Source: Planctomycetota bacterium (GTDB taxonomy: Bacteria; Planctomycetota; UBA1135; UBA2386). Taken from it: 64,000 bases of DNA. Below, piece after piece: positions 37,978 to 48,946 of the stretch (position 1 is its first letter; each line of letters starts with the position of its first letter). Both the position numbers and the translations under genes were made by a program. A model generated the notes under the pieces. That model made no database searches. It saw only the letters and a list, made by a program, of their open reading frames with translations, and had not been told where the DNA came from. Location: assembly GCA_965223545.1 (NCBI GenBank), contig OZ245006.1:4448001-4512000 (forward strand). Direction: 5' to 3'.

Positions 37978-39399
37978 ATGATCCCCCGCTTTCGGGAACG
38001 CATGCATCGAACCACTGGGATGGCCGTGCTCTGCATGGCGGTGGTCGTCGCGCCGCTCGCGGCGCAGAACGCCAAGCAGCGGCAGGGGTTTCGGACCGCG
38101 GTGGTCAAGACGTTCGCGGAGAACGCGCAGCGTCACATCCGGCTCGGCAGCTGGGCGCGCAAGCAGGGTTTGGTAGCGCAGGCAACCAGTCAGTTCTTGC
38201 GCGCGAAGGAGGTCGGGCGCGGACACAACCCCGGGGCCGATTGGCTGATTCGCACCATGCGCGGGCTCGGCGATGCGTTCTGGCGTGGCGAGCACAAGCG
38301 CCCGAGCAAGGGCCTGCTGCGCAGCTTCGACAAGCGCGCACGCAACGTCGAGAGCAGCAACCGCAAGGACTGCTTCTCGCTGGCGAAGAGAGCCGTAGCG
38401 ATCGGTCTGACCGACGACGCCGTGCGCTACTACGCCGAGCTGCTGCGCGACAGCGAGAAGCGCGAGGAGCGCAAGAACGGCGATCTCGCGGTCGACGACG
38501 GCGTGATCCCCGGCGAGCTGCTGGCGGCCATCGAGCAGCTGCCGGCAAAGGAGGAGGTCGAAGCGACCGCCGCTCCGTTGCGCGGGTTGGATGCTCGGTT
38601 GGCCGTCCTCGAGGGGATTGTCGAGGTCGGCGACGACCTGGTGCGCGTGCGGGTGCAGGGCGACGAAGCGCTCGCCGCCGAGTTGCACGCGCTGTGCCTG
38701 GCGGCGTTGCCTCTGCTGGAAGAGCGGATCGAAGGCGCGCCGACGCGTCGGCTCGAGGTCGTCGTGTTTGGCGAGCGCGCGCAGTTCCGCGAGTTCTTGA
38801 CGGACCTCGGTTACGGCCACGCCGAAGCGCATGGCGTCATGGACCCCGGGACGTTCGCCGCGCTGACCTTTGCCGACCAGGAGCCGCACGAGCTGCGCGC
38901 GGTCGTGCTGCACGAGCTCGCCCACCTCTACGACTTCGGCGTCGCGCCGTGTGTTTGGCCCAGCTGGTATGCCGAGGGGTTTGCCGAGAGCTTCGGCGGC
39001 ATCGGCACGTTCCGCTGGGACGGGGAGCTGCTCAAGCTCGGCGCGCCGCTGGCGCCGTGGCGGCTGCTGCGCCTGCAGCAGGGGCACGCGTTTGGGTTGC
39101 GCGAGCTGATGGAGCGCAACGCGATGTCGGTGCTCAGCGAGAGCGCCGAGCGCGCGGGGGACTACTACGCGCAGAGCTGGGCGTTCGTCCGCTTCATGCG
39201 CACCGGGGCGGGCGACGACGTTGCCGAATCGTTCCGCGCGTGGGAGCGCCAATGTCGCGGCGCCGCGCTGGGGGCGCGTCCGGGCCATCCGAGGATTCGG
39301 CATGCTGCCGAGGCGCAAGCCGCGTTCGATCGCGTGTTCGGTCCGAAGCTGGCCGAGCTCGGAACGGCATTCGCGGAGTGGTTGCCGACGGTCCGGTAG
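37978..39399 (+). CDS. Secreted protein with HEXXH motif (DUF1570/peptidase MA-like)
   Basis: Signal peptide, VLHELAH, PSWYAEGFAE, YAQSWAFVRF. Confidence 0.75.
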   Translation: MIPRFRERMHRTTGMAVLCMAVVVAPLAAQNAKQRQGFRTAVVKTFAENAQRHIRLGSWARKQGLVAQATSQFLRAKEVGRGHNPGADWLIRTMRGLGDAFWRGEHKRPSKGLLRSFDKRARNVESSNRKDCFSLAKRAVAIGLTDDAVRYYAELLRDSEKREERKNGDLAVDDGVIPGELLAAIEQLPAKEEVEATAAPLRGLDARLAVLEGIVEVGDDLVRVRVQGDEALAAELHALCLAALPLLEERIEGAPTRRLEVVVFGERAQFREFLTDLGYGHAEAHGVMDPGTFAALTFADQEPHELRAVVLHELAHLYDFGVAPCVWPSWYAEGFAESFGGIGTFRWDGELLKLGAPLAPWRLLRLQQGHAFGLRELMERNAMSVLSESAERAGDYYAQSWAFVRFMRTGAGDDVAESFRAWERQCRGAALGARPGHPRIRHAAEAQAAFDRVFGPKLAELGTAFAEWLPTVR

Positions 39400-39613
39400 A
39401 GGCATCCGCCACGCGACCGAGCCGAGACAACAGCGGTACAGTCGCCTGGACTCGCGCTGCGGTTGGCCGAATGCCGAAAGCAATCCAAGGCCGCTGACCC
39501 CAAGGTCGGCCTCGCCGGCCGCGGCCGTCCTCCGTAGAGGCCTGCCCGCGCCTGAGCCAGCTTGCTAGGCTGGCCTGACTCCCTCCTTCAGACCTTCACG
39601 CCGGAGCCCCCCC

Positions 39614-42600
39614 ATGACCCGTTCGATCGCCACTCCGATGCTGCTCGCCGTTCTCGGCGTGTCGCCCGCGCTGCTCGCCCAGGACAGTCCCGTTTTGGAC
39701 GAAGCCGCGGTGGGGGCCTTCGAATGGCGCTGTCTCGGCCCCGCCAACATGAGCGGGCGCATCGTCGCCTTGGCCGTGAACGAGCAGGACCCGTCGACCT
39801 TCTGGGCCGCGACCGCGAGCGGTGGTTTGCTCAAAACCACCAACAACGGCATCACCTACGAACACCAGTTCGATGCGGAGGCCACCGTCGCGATCGGCGA
39901 CGTTTGCGTCGCGCCGTCGGACCCCGAGATCGTGTGGGTCGGCACCGGCGAGAACAACCCACGCAACTCGGTCTCATACGGTGACGGCGTCTACAAGTCG
40001 ACCGACGGTGGCGCGACCTGGAAGAACATGGGGCTGCGCGAGTCGTTCCAGATCGGGCGTATCGCGATCCATCCGACCGATCCCGACGTCGTCTACGTCG
40101 GCGCGCTCGGTCGGCTCTACGGCCCCAACGAAGAGCGCGGTCTGTTCAAGACGACGGACGGCGGCGAGAGCTGGGAGAAGGTTCTGTACGTGGACGAGAA
40201 CACCGGCGTGATCGACATCGCCATGCACCCGTCCGATCCGCAGACGTTGCTCGTCGCCACCTACGAGCGACGCCGCGACGGTTACGACACCAACGATCCG
40301 GCGGTCAAGATCGCGCCTGGCAGCGGGCTGTACCTCACCACGGATGGTGGTGCCACGTTCGAGCGCATCACCGAGGGGTTGCCGACGTGCAACCTGGGAC
40401 GCATCGGGCTCGATTGGTACCGCAAGGATCCGAACATCGTCTACGCGATCGTGGAGAGCGAGAAGATCGGCCAGGCGCGGGACAACGTCGGCTGGACCGG
40501 CATCGAGGCGTCGAATGCGGAGACCGGCGCGCGCGTCGTGCGCATTCCCGAGTCGAGTCCGGCGGCGGAGGCCGGCCTGCAGAAGGACGACATCGTGCTG
40601 TCGGTCAACGGCACCACCGTGCTGAGCGGCGGCGCGCTGCGCGACCAGCTGCTGCAGCACGTGGTCGGTGCGGACGTGAAGCTCGAGGTGGCGCGCGAGG
40701 GTGAGAGCCACACCATCGAGTTCGCGATGATCGCCGAGCCCGAGGAGGAGGAGGACCAGGACGAGGCGCCGCGCCGGCGCCGCGGTGGCGGCCCCCCCTA
40801 CGGCGCCAGCTTGGGCGGGCAACGCCACAACGTGCAAGACCTACAAGGGCCGGACGGCTTCGAGCGCGGCGGCGTCTATCGCTCGGACGACGGCGGACGA
40901 TCGTGGCAGCGCATCAACAGCGTCAACCCGCGCCCGATGTACTTCAGCCAGATCCGGGTCGATCCCAGCGACAACAACCATCTGTACGTGCTCGGAATCA
41001 GCGCGTTCCGCAGTGTCGACGGTGGCGAGACGTTCACCGCCGACGCCAGTCGCGGGGTGCACTCGGACCAGCACGCGCTGTGGATCGATCCGGAGGATGG
41101 GCGCCACATGATCCTCGGCACCGACGGTGGGCTGTACGTCAGCTACGACCGCACCGCCAACTGGGACCACCACAACCACGTGGCCTTGGGCCAGTTCTAT
41201 CACGTCGCCGTCGGCCCGCGCCGTGACTACTGGATCTACGGCGGTCTGCAGGACAACGGCACTTGGGGCGCGCCACACCGCGCCGCGCGCGGCGGCGGGA
41301 CGCGCAACGAGGACTGGATCCGCATCGGTGGTGGCGACGGCTTCTTGGTGGCGATCGACCCCGAGGATCCCGATCAGGTCTACTACGAGAGTCAGAACGG
41401 CGGCACGGCGCGCACTCACTTGCGCACCATGGAGAGTGGCCGCATCCGCCCGCAGGCCCCGCGGGGAACGCGCTACCGCTTCAACTGGCGCACGCCCTTC
41501 CTGCTGTCCCACCACAACTCACGGATCTACTACAACGCCGGCAACCACGTGTTCCGGTCACTCAACCGCGGTGACGACTTGGTGGCGATCTCACCGGAGA
41601 TCACCCGCGGGGACCGGGGCAGCGCAACCGCCCTGGCGGAGTCGTCGCGCGACGCGGGCGTGCTCTACGTCGGCACCGACGACGGAGCGTTGTTCGGCAC
41701 CCGCAACGGCGGCGCCGACTGGACCGACCTGTGGGTGTTGGCGGGCGATTTGACCGAGGACGAGGAGGAGGCTCCCGAGGTCGCCGTCGGCGGTCCACGC
41801 GAAGTCACGGCAACCGACGGCGACGAGGACGGCGAGCCGCTCGGCGCGCTGGTTCCGGCGCCGCGCTGGGTGAGCTCGGTCGAGGCGTCGCGCGCGGTCG
41901 ACGGTCGCGTCTATCTGACCTTGGACGCGCACCGCTCGGACGACGATGATCCCTACGTCTTCGTCTCCGAGAACTACGGCGAGACCTGGCGTTCGCTGCG
42001 CGCCAACCTGCCCCGCGGCTCGACGCGCGTCGTGCGCGAGGATCTGGAGAACCCCGACGTGCTCTACCTGGGCACCGAGTTCGGTCTGTGGGTGTCGCTC
42101 GATCGCGGTGGGCACTGGACACAGTTCCACAACAACCTGCCGACGGTCGCGGTGCACGAGGTCGCGCAGCACGCGACGTCGGGTGAGATCGTGCTCGGCA
42201 CGCACGGCCGCAGCCTGTGGGCGGTGGACGTCACCCCGTTGCGGCAGATGAGCGGCAAGGCGATGGCCGCCGACGCTCATCTGTTCGCGCCCAACGACGT
42301 CGTCTTGTGGCAGCGCCAGCATTCGCGCGGCACGACCGGCGGCGCGCGCGCGTATCGCGCCGACAGCGCCGACGGCGGCGCGGCCGTCTACTACCGGTTG
42401 GCCGAGCGCGCCCGCAGTGTCCGCCTGGAGGTCCGCGATGCGATGGGCAAGACGGTGGCGACGCTCGAGGCGCCGCGTGATGCCGGCTTGCACCGCGTCG
42501 GCTGGAACCTGCGCATCGCCGGCAGTGAGCCGTCGGGTGGAGGCGGTCGGTTCCGCTTCAGCCGCGGCCGGCGCGCCGAGCCGGGCACCTACGTCGTCGA

Positions 42601-42664
42601 GTTGGAGGTCGACGGCGAGACCTTCAGTCGGCCGCTACAGGTCGTGCCGCATCCGGACGAGTAG
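39614..42664 (+). CDS. Secreted VPS10/BNR-repeat glycosyl-hydrolase-like protein with inserted PDZ domain
   Basis: WRCLGPANMSGRI, many S.DGG.TW repeats, SPAAEAGLQKDDIVLSVNG PDZ signature. Confidence 0.88.
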   Translation: MTRSIATPMLLAVLGVSPALLAQDSPVLDEAAVGAFEWRCLGPANMSGRIVALAVNEQDPSTFWAATASGGLLKTTNNGITYEHQFDAEATVAIGDVCVAPSDPEIVWVGTGENNPRNSVSYGDGVYKSTDGGATWKNMGLRESFQIGRIAIHPTDPDVVYVGALGRLYGPNEERGLFKTTDGGESWEKVLYVDENTGVIDIAMHPSDPQTLLVATYERRRDGYDTNDPAVKIAPGSGLYLTTDGGATFERITEGLPTCNLGRIGLDWYRKDPNIVYAIVESEKIGQARDNVGWTGIEASNAETGARVVRIPESSPAAEAGLQKDDIVLSVNGTTVLSGGALRDQLLQHVVGADVKLEVAREGESHTIEFAMIAEPEEEEDQDEAPRRRRGGGPPYGASLGGQRHNVQDLQGPDGFERGGVYRSDDGGRSWQRINSVNPRPMYFSQIRVDPSDNNHLYVLGISAFRSVDGGETFTADASRGVHSDQHALWIDPEDGRHMILGTDGGLYVSYDRTANWDHHNHVALGQFYHVAVGPRRDYWIYGGLQDNGTWGAPHRAARGGGTRNEDWIRIGGGDGFLVAIDPEDPDQVYYESQNGGTARTHLRTMESGRIRPQAPRGTRYRFNWRTPFLLSHHNSRIYYNAGNHVFRSLNRGDDLVAISPEITRGDRGSATALAESSRDAGVLYVGTDDGALFGTRNGGADWTDLWVLAGDLTEDEEEAPEVAVGGPREVTATDGDEDGEPLGALVPAPRWVSSVEASRAVDGRVYLTLDAHRSDDDDPYVFVSENYGETWRSLRANLPRGSTRVVREDLENPDVLYLGTEFGLWVSLDRGGHWTQFHNNLPTVAVHEVAQHATSGEIVLGTHGRSLWAVDVTPLRQMSGKAMAADAHLFAPNDVVLWQRQHSRGTTGGARAYRADSADGGAAVYYRLAERARSVRLEVRDAMGKTVATLEAPRDAGLHRVGWNLRIAGSEPSGGGGRFRFSRGRRAEPGTYVVELEVDGETFSRPLQVVPHPDE

Positions 42665-42684
42665 CGCTACGCGGCGCGGCGGCT

Positions 42685-44247
42685 ATGGTCGGGCGGATGG
42701 CCTTCGTCCGATCCATGCTCGCCGTCGTGTTCGGCTTGGCTGCGGCTCTGCTGCTTGTCGTACCGGCGGACTGCCAGGAATCGGCCGCCCGCCGCGGCCG
42801 CCCGAACATCGTCTTCGTCTTCAGTGACGACCACGCCGCGCACGCGATCTCGGCCTACGGGTCGCGCGTCAACGAGACCCCACACATCGACTCGCTGGCC
42901 CGAGACGGTGTGCTGTTCGCCAACGCGTTCTGCGGCAATGCGATCTGCGGACCGTCGCGCGCGACGGTGCTGACCGGTCTACACAGCCACGCCAACGGCT
43001 TTCGGCAGAACGGCGATACCTTCGACGGCGGCCAGCGCACCTTGCCCAAGATGTTGCGCGCGGCGGGGTACCAAACCGCGATCATCGGCAAGTGGCATCT
43101 CGACACCGACCCCACCGGCTTCGATCACTGGGACGTGCTGCCCGGTCAGGGGGCCTACTACAACCCCGACTTCATCAGCGCCGGAGGCCGGCGCAGGGAG
43201 CAGGGCTACTGCACCGAGGTGACGACGCGGCTGGCGATCGAGTGGCTGGAGCAGCGAGATCCCGACCGGCCGTTTCTGCTGATGTGCCAGCACAAGGCGC
43301 CGCACCGGTCCTGGCAGCCGGGTCCGCGCGAGCTCGAGCTGTACCGGGGTGTGCGGTTCCCGGAGCCGCCGACTCTGTTCGACGACTACGCCGGGCGCGG
43401 CAAGGCGGCGCGGGCGCAGGAGATGGAGATCGACCGCCACATGTATCTCGCCTACGACCTGATGTGTCCGGTGGGCGAAGACGAGCGCTACCGCCGTAGC
43501 CACGACGCGTTCTTGGCGCGCCTCACAAAGGCCCAGCGCGAGCAGTGGGACGCCGCCTTCGGCGCGGAGAACGCGGCGTTTCGCGCCGCCAAGCTGAGCG
43601 GTCGCGACCTCGTGCGGTGGAAGTACCAGCGCTACCTCCGCAACTACCTGCGCTGCGTCGCCGGCGTGGACCGCAGTGTCGGCGAGCTGCTGCAGTGGTT
43701 GGAGGAGGCTGGCCTCGCCGACAACACGATCGTCGTGTACTCGTCCGACCAGGGGTTCTTCCTCGGCGATCACGGGTGGTACGACAAGCGATGGATGTAC
43801 GAGGAGTCGATGCGCATGCCGCTGCTGGTGCGGTGGCCCGGCGTCGCGCGTGCCGGCCATCGTTGCGAGGAGCTGGTGCAGAACATCGACTTCGCGCCCA
43901 CGCTGCTCGACGCGGCGGGCGTCGCGGTGCCGGCCGACATGCACGGCGTCAGCGCGTTGCCGCTGCTGCGCGGCGAGTCACCCGAGGACTGGCGCCAGAG
44001 CGTCTACTACCGCTACTACGAGGGGCAGGCGGAGCACAACGTCGGCCGCCACGAGGGGGTGCGGACGACGACGCACAAGCTGATCTGGTACTCCGACCCC
44101 GAAAACGCCTACTGGGAGCTGTTCGATCTGGTGGCCGATCCGGACGAGCTGCGCAACGTCTACGGCGACTCGCGCTACGCTGAGGTCGTCGAGGAGCTGA
44201 CCGCCGAGCTGGCGCGGCTGAAGGAGCAGTACGGCGTCGAGGGCTGA
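42685..44247 (+). CDS. Sulfatase
   Basis: PNIVFVFSDDH, CGPSRATVLTG, GKWHL, SDQGFFLGDHGWYDKR. Confidence 0.93.
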   Translation: MVGRMAFVRSMLAVVFGLAAALLLVVPADCQESAARRGRPNIVFVFSDDHAAHAISAYGSRVNETPHIDSLARDGVLFANAFCGNAICGPSRATVLTGLHSHANGFRQNGDTFDGGQRTLPKMLRAAGYQTAIIGKWHLDTDPTGFDHWDVLPGQGAYYNPDFISAGGRRREQGYCTEVTTRLAIEWLEQRDPDRPFLLMCQHKAPHRSWQPGPRELELYRGVRFPEPPTLFDDYAGRGKAARAQEMEIDRHMYLAYDLMCPVGEDERYRRSHDAFLARLTKAQREQWDAAFGAENAAFRAAKLSGRDLVRWKYQRYLRNYLRCVAGVDRSVGELLQWLEEAGLADNTIVVYSSDQGFFLGDHGWYDKRWMYEESMRMPLLVRWPGVARAGHRCEELVQNIDFAPTLLDAAGVAVPADMHGVSALPLLRGESPEDWRQSVYYRYYEGQAEHNVGRHEGVRTTTHKLIWYSDPENAYWELFDLVADPDELRNVYGDSRYAEVVEELTAELARLKEQYGVEG

Positions 44248-44269
44248 CGCTGGTCGAGCCCGCGCCGCT

Positions 44270-45691
44270 TCAGCACTCGGGAACACGCACCGAGATGTTG
44301 GTCGCCAGCCCGCCCTGCGAGGTCTCCTTGTACTTGAGGCTCATGTCGCGCGCGACTTCGCTCATCGTGCGGATGACTTCGTCCAAGCTGACCTTGGCGT
44401 CGGCCGGGTTGCTGGCCGAGGCGAGCTCGGCGGCGTTGATCGCCTTGACCGCACCCATCGAGTTGCGCTCGATGCACGGAATCTGCACCAGGCCGCCGAC
44501 CGGGTCGCAGGTCATGCCGAGGTGGTGCTCCATGGCGATCTCGGCGGCGGCCAAGGCCTGCGGCACGCTGCCGCCGCGCGCCTCACAGAGGGCGGCGGCC
44601 GCCATCGCCGACGAGACTCCGATCTCCGCCTGGCAGCCGCCGAGGGCCGCCGAGATCGTGGCGCCCTTCTTGAAAAGGGCTCCGATCTCACCGCTGACCA
44701 GCAGGAAGTCGACGATGCCGTCGTCGTCGACCGCGTCGGTGGCGAAGCAGAGGTGATACATCAAGACCGCGGGGATCACGCCGGCGGCACCGTTGGTCGG
44801 CGCGGTCACCACTCGGCCCAGGGCGGCGTTCTGCTCGTTGACCGCCAGCGCGAAGCAGCTGATCCACTGCATCACCTCGCGGAAGTCGGCGCCGCGCGCG
44901 CGGATCGCGTCGATCCAGTCCTTGGGGTCTGTGTGGGTGGTGTCGCCGAGCAGACGGCGGTTCATCTTCGCGGCGCGGCGCTCGAGACCGAGCCCTCCAG
45001 GCAAGGTCCCAGTGGTGTGGCAACCGTCGAACACCGACTGCTGCATGACCTCCCAGATGCGCAGCATGCCGCGCTCGATGACTTCTCGCGGCGCCCAGGC
45101 CTGCTCGTTGGCGCGGGTCAGCGCCGCGATGGAGAGACCGGTCTGTTCGCAGTGCGCCCGGAGATCGGCCGCGGTCTGCGATGGATACGGCGGCCGCGCG
45201 CGATTCGGCGCGTGCATGCTCTCGCCTTCGGCCAAGATGAAGCCGCCGCCGATCGAGTAGTAGGTCGACTCGATCGAGCCGCCGGCGACGTGCGCGACGC
45301 AGCGCATCCCGTTGGGGTGCTCCGGCAGCTGCTCGTCGCGGTGAAAGTGAATGTCGGTGAAGGGAGTGAACGCCGCCCAGCGATCGCCCGGCATCGGCAC
45401 GCGCTGCTGCGCGGCCAGGGTGTCGATCAGCGTGCCGATTTCGTGCACCGGCACCGTCTCCGGATCGTGGCGGAGCAGCGCGAGGCACACCGCCTTGTCG
45501 GTGCAGTGGCCGCGGCCGGTCAGGGCGAGCGAGCCGTACAGGTGCACCGAAACCCGCTCTACCTCGATGTCCGCGTGCTCGGTCGAAAGCTCGCCGAGCC
45601 AGCGCTGGACCGCCCGCCACGGGCCGAGCGTGTGCGAGCTCGACGGTCCGACGCCGATCTTCAGCATGTCGAAAGCGCTGATGACTTCCAT
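44270..45691 (-). CDS. sdaA: L-serine ammonia-lyase (Fe-S, single chain)
   Basis: KIGVGPSSSHTLGP, YGSLALTG.GH, VTAPTNGAAG, GCQAEIG, HHLGMTCDP..GLVQIPCIERN. ATG start at 45691. Confidence 0.95.
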   Translation of the reverse strand: MEVISAFDMLKIGVGPSSSHTLGPWRAVQRWLGELSTEHADIEVERVSVHLYGSLALTGRGHCTDKAVCLALLRHDPETVPVHEIGTLIDTLAAQQRVPMPGDRWAAFTPFTDIHFHRDEQLPEHPNGMRCVAHVAGGSIESTYYSIGGGFILAEGESMHAPNRARPPYPSQTAADLRAHCEQTGLSIAALTRANEQAWAPREVIERGMLRIWEVMQQSVFDGCHTTGTLPGGLGLERRAAKMNRRLLGDTTHTDPKDWIDAIRARGADFREVMQWISCFALAVNEQNAALGRVVTAPTNGAAGVIPAVLMYHLCFATDAVDDDGIVDFLLVSGEIGALFKKGATISAALGGCQAEIGVSSAMAAAALCEARGGSVPQALAAAEIAMEHHLGMTCDPVGGLVQIPCIERNSMGAVKAINAAELASASNPADAKVSLDEVIRTMSEVARDMSLKYKETSQGGLATNISVRVPEC

Positions 45692-45772
45692 GCGGTGTGG
45701 CCCGGTGGAGACTAAGCTCTGGCGCCAGCGGGCGGGCAGCCTACGCCGGTCTCGCCGTCGAACAAGAGCGCG

Positions 45773-46549
45773 ATGCCCACCGATTTCGTCCAACGGGGCG
45801 ACCCACCTGCCCACCTGGCCTACGACTGGTTCGACGCTGGCGGCCGCGCGCCCGTCTTGGTCTACAGCCACGGCTTGCTCTCGACCCGCCGCGGCGAGCG
45901 CGCCGCGTTGCTCGAGCGATGGTGCGCGGAGCGCGGCTGGAGCCTGCTGCGCTTCGACTACCAGGGGCGCGGCGACTCCTCGGGATCGCTCGCCGACCTG
46001 ACCCTCAGCCGGCAGATCGCCGATCTCGAGGCCGTCCTGGGAGCCCTCCCCGAGGGTGCTCGGCCGGTGGTGCTGGGCTCCAGCTACGGCGGTCTGACCG
46101 CGGCTTGGCACGCCGCGCTGCATCCCGGCACAGTCGCCGCCTGCATCCTCTTGGCGCCGGCATTCGGTTTTGTCCCCGACCTGCTGGCCGAGATGGGACT
46201 TGCCGAGGCGCTGCGCTGGCGCGAGCGCGGCCAGCGCGACTTCGGCCGCGGCCTCGACTTCGAAGTGGACTACGAGCTGGTGCGGGATGCGGCGGCCTAT
46301 CCCGAAGCGCTGCTCGCCACCAGCCTGCGCACGCCGACCCTGATCGCCCACGGCACCGACGACGATGCGGTGCCGGTGGAGCGCAGCCGCGAGTTCGCGC
46401 GCAGGGCGCGTCCAGGAGTCGTGGACTTGCACGTCTTCAGCGGCGCCGACCACATCCTGCACGTCCAGATGATGGAGGTGCTGGCGATGGTCGAGCCGTT
46501 CGCGGCCCGCGTGGGCGGCCTCGATCACACGTCGAAGCGCATCACGTAG
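45773..46549 (+). CDS. Alpha/beta hydrolase
   Basis: HG, RFDYQGRGDS, GSSYGG nucleophile elbow, HGTDDDAVP, GADH. Confidence 0.9.
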   Translation: MPTDFVQRGDPPAHLAYDWFDAGGRAPVLVYSHGLLSTRRGERAALLERWCAERGWSLLRFDYQGRGDSSGSLADLTLSRQIADLEAVLGALPEGARPVVLGSSYGGLTAAWHAALHPGTVAACILLAPAFGFVPDLLAEMGLAEALRWRERGQRDFGRGLDFEVDYELVRDAAAYPEALLATSLRTPTLIAHGTDDDAVPVERSREFARRARPGVVDLHVFSGADHILHVQMMEVLAMVEPFAARVGGLDHTSKRIT

Positions 46550-47604
46550 CCGGCCGACTTGAGCACGGTGCCGGTCGGGCCGGTCGAGCTGTCGTTGTAG
46601 ACGGTGCCGACCGGAATGCTCGGGTACGGAGCGACGACGTGGTGCTCGGCGGCGTTGCTGAGGACGACGCCCCACGGGTTTGCCGCCGCGTCGGGTTGCA
46701 GAACCTGGCCGAACAGCGAGGCGCCGTTGCTGGCGGTGGTCACCGGCACGCTGAGGTTCCAGCTCACCTGCCCGTTGCTGTTGGTGAAGCCGGGGATCTG
46801 CACGACGATGTCGGTGTAGAGCCGGCAGGTCCCGGACGGGGCGCCGGCCGTGTTCGGTAGGGCGAACGGCAGCGGCAGTCCGCTGAAGCTCGTGTTGCTG
46901 CCGCCGATGATCAACCCGACGAGCTGGTTGGCGTCGAGACGCTGTCCGTTGTAGCTGAGGGTCACCGTGTTTGCCGACCAGTTCGATGACGAACTCGGGT
47001 TCAGGACGACGGTCCCACCGCCACTCGCCTTTTGGCAGCCGCTGCCGAAGCTCCGGGTCTCGGGCCTGGGATTGGAGGAGGCGAAGCTGACGAAGTCGAA
47101 GTTGTAGTTCGTGCTGTTGGTGCGTGTGATCACCTGGATCTCGAGGCACAGCGGACCGTTGCCGCCGAAGGCGAAGGGCCGGTTGAAGGGAATTACCAGC
47201 TCGAAGGGCGCCGGAAACCCGTGCACGCGGGCGGGTGCGATCTGCGCCAACGCAAAGGTCGTCACCTGGACCTTGTCGGGGCCATGGTTGTTGACGAAGG
47301 TCGCGTCGGGGTTCGCCGCGGTGGTCGCTGCCGTGGACGCGAACACGTTGACGACGAACGTTTGTTGCCCGGACTGGCCGCCGGGGACCTCACCGTCGAG
47401 GCGCAGGGCGACGCCCCGGATCGTGCGCGCGGTGCCCTGCAGCTCGTCGTGGATCGACAACAGCGTCGACGGCGAGCGGGTCGTGCCGATTCCGGAGGCT
47501 CGTCTGCTGGGGGCTTCGGCGTTGGCGAAATGGGCGGGAGAGACGATCTGTTGCTGCGGCGCGAGGCTGGCTGCGGCAAGAAGAATGGTCGAAAGCGTGA
47601 ACAT
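46525..47604 (-). CDS. Secreted protein with shared C-terminal module
   Basis: Signal peptide; FGSGC...GLPLPFAL...C.L..D...LSVP....GASLFGQ...D.AANPWGVVLSNA. Confidence 0.75.
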   Translation of the reverse strand: MFTLSTILLAAASLAPQQQIVSPAHFANAEAPSRRASGIGTTRSPSTLLSIHDELQGTARTIRGVALRLDGEVPGGQSGQQTFVVNVFASTAATTAANPDATFVNNHGPDKVQVTTFALAQIAPARVHGFPAPFELVIPFNRPFAFGGNGPLCLEIQVITRTNSTNYNFDFVSFASSNPRPETRSFGSGCQKASGGGTVVLNPSSSSNWSANTVTLSYNGQRLDANQLVGLIIGGSNTSFSGLPLPFALPNTAGAPSGTCRLYTDIVVQIPGFTNSNGQVSWNLSVPVTTASNGASLFGQVLQPDAAANPWGVVLSNAAEHHVVAPYPSIPVGTVYNDSSTGPTGTVLKSAGYVMRFDV

Positions 47605-47658
47605 CTGGGCTCCTGGTTCGATTCGGTTTCCCTGGACAAACCGGGGCCGGCGGTTCCG

Positions 47659-48516
47659 TTACTGCGCCTTCGGCTTTTTTTCGCTCTGCCCCAGTTTTGG
47701 AGGGGCAGGGGGCTGGCGGCGGTCGGCGGCGTACCGGGCCGGCGGTCTTCCGACCAGGTCGGTGAACGCGCGCGTGAGATGCGCCTGGTCGTAGAACCCC
47801 AATTGCGCTGCCACGGCAGCCAGGTCGACCGGTTCACCGGCCTCCAGCCGTGTGACGACCTCGTGCATCCGGTAGCGCTGGATGACCCACTTGGGCGAGA
47901 CGCCGGCGTAGCGGTGGAACAGCCGTTGGAGTCCCCTGGTAGTCAGGCCGAAGGTCCGCGCCACGGCCACCACGGAGACCGTGTCTCGGTGGTCGGCGAT
48001 GTGCTCGACGATGCGGCACGTCAGCGCTGCGCGCTCGTCGATCGTCGGCTCGAGGGTTTCGATGAGGTGTTCTGCAGCAGCGACTCGTTCGGCGTCGTCA
48101 CCGGCGGCGAGGACTGCGCGTTCGTAGCGAAGGCCTGGTTCGCCCAGAGCTTCCCCGAGCTCGATCCTGTGTCCGTTCAGGGCTGCCGGCGCGTGCCGAT
48201 ACACCGCGGTGAACATCGCGGGGCGGAACTTGATGCCGAACGCGTTGCCGCGCCCCGCGAGCACCTTCATCGACTTACCGGTGCCGATTCCGAACACACC
48301 GGATCGGCCGGCCTCCACGACGAGCTGAACGCAGGGGTGCGGCAAGATCTCCTGCCGGTGCGCGGCGTTGTCCGGCAGGTTCCACCGGACGCTCCAGTAG
48401 CGGTCGACCACGACACCGGCGGCGGCCGAGGGCCGGTAGCGGTCGACCGAGAAGCGCTCGGGACTTCCGTCCGCATGCAGGATGCCGCGCAGATCTTCTG
48501 GAGTGGGATCCGGCAT
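47659..48516 (-). CDS. AraC family transcriptional regulator
   Basis: RGLQRLF.RYAGVSPK, GFYDQAHLTRAF. Confidence 0.92.
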   Translation of the reverse strand: MPDPTPEDLRGILHADGSPERFSVDRYRPSAAAGVVVDRYWSVRWNLPDNAAHRQEILPHPCVQLVVEAGRSGVFGIGTGKSMKVLAGRGNAFGIKFRPAMFTAVYRHAPAALNGHRIELGEALGEPGLRYERAVLAAGDDAERVAAAEHLIETLEPTIDERAALTCRIVEHIADHRDTVSVVAVARTFGLTTRGLQRLFHRYAGVSPKWVIQRYRMHEVVTRLEAGEPVDLAAVAAQLGFYDQAHLTRAFTDLVGRPPARYAADRRQPPAPPKLGQSEKKPKAQ

Positions 48517-48544
48517 GATCGATCCGTCCGCGGCCCATCCTATC

Positions 48545-48946
48545 TCAGTCGGCGAAGCTGCAGCTCAGCTCCACGTGGTACTCCGTCGCGTGCGGCGATT
48601 CGAACGTGCCCGACCCGGTGAGCCCGCGCAGCGCGCCGGTTCCGGCGCCTTCCACTACGACCATGGTCATGCGCGCCACGCCGTCGGCGAACGCGCCCTC
48701 GTGGCGCATCGCGAAGGTGCCCTGCCGGCCGTGCACTGTCCCCTCGATGCGTTCGATGCCGACGAACGTCGCGCTGCCGTCCTCGTGGTGGACCATCAGA
48801 TACTCGAGCGTGGAATCGCCGCTGATGTCACCGCTGTAGGTCTGGCGGCAATGTGCCCGAGTCATTTTCGGCACCGCGCCTTCACCGATGGGATCTTCTT
48901 GCCAGCTGGTGGAGCGAAACGTGGCGCGCGTCGGTCGAGACATCAT
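48545..48946 (-). CDS. DUF3224 family protein
   Basis: YSGDISG.STLEYLM, FVGIERIEG...GRQGTFA.RH, GTGALRGLTGSG. Confidence 0.85.
   Translation of the reverse strand: MMSRPTRATFRSTSWQEDPIGEGAVPKMTRAHCRQTYSGDISGDSTLEYLMVHHEDGSATFVGIERIEGTVHGRQGTFAMRHEGAFADGVARMTMVVVEGAGTGALRGLTGSGTFESPHATEYHVELSCSFAD

Noticed and set aside
45692..47149. Long N-terminal extension of sdaA (likewise the extensions of the 983-aa, 739-aa and 647-aa ORFs)
   Set aside because: They overlap better-supported genes; the family motifs begin at the downstream starts given.
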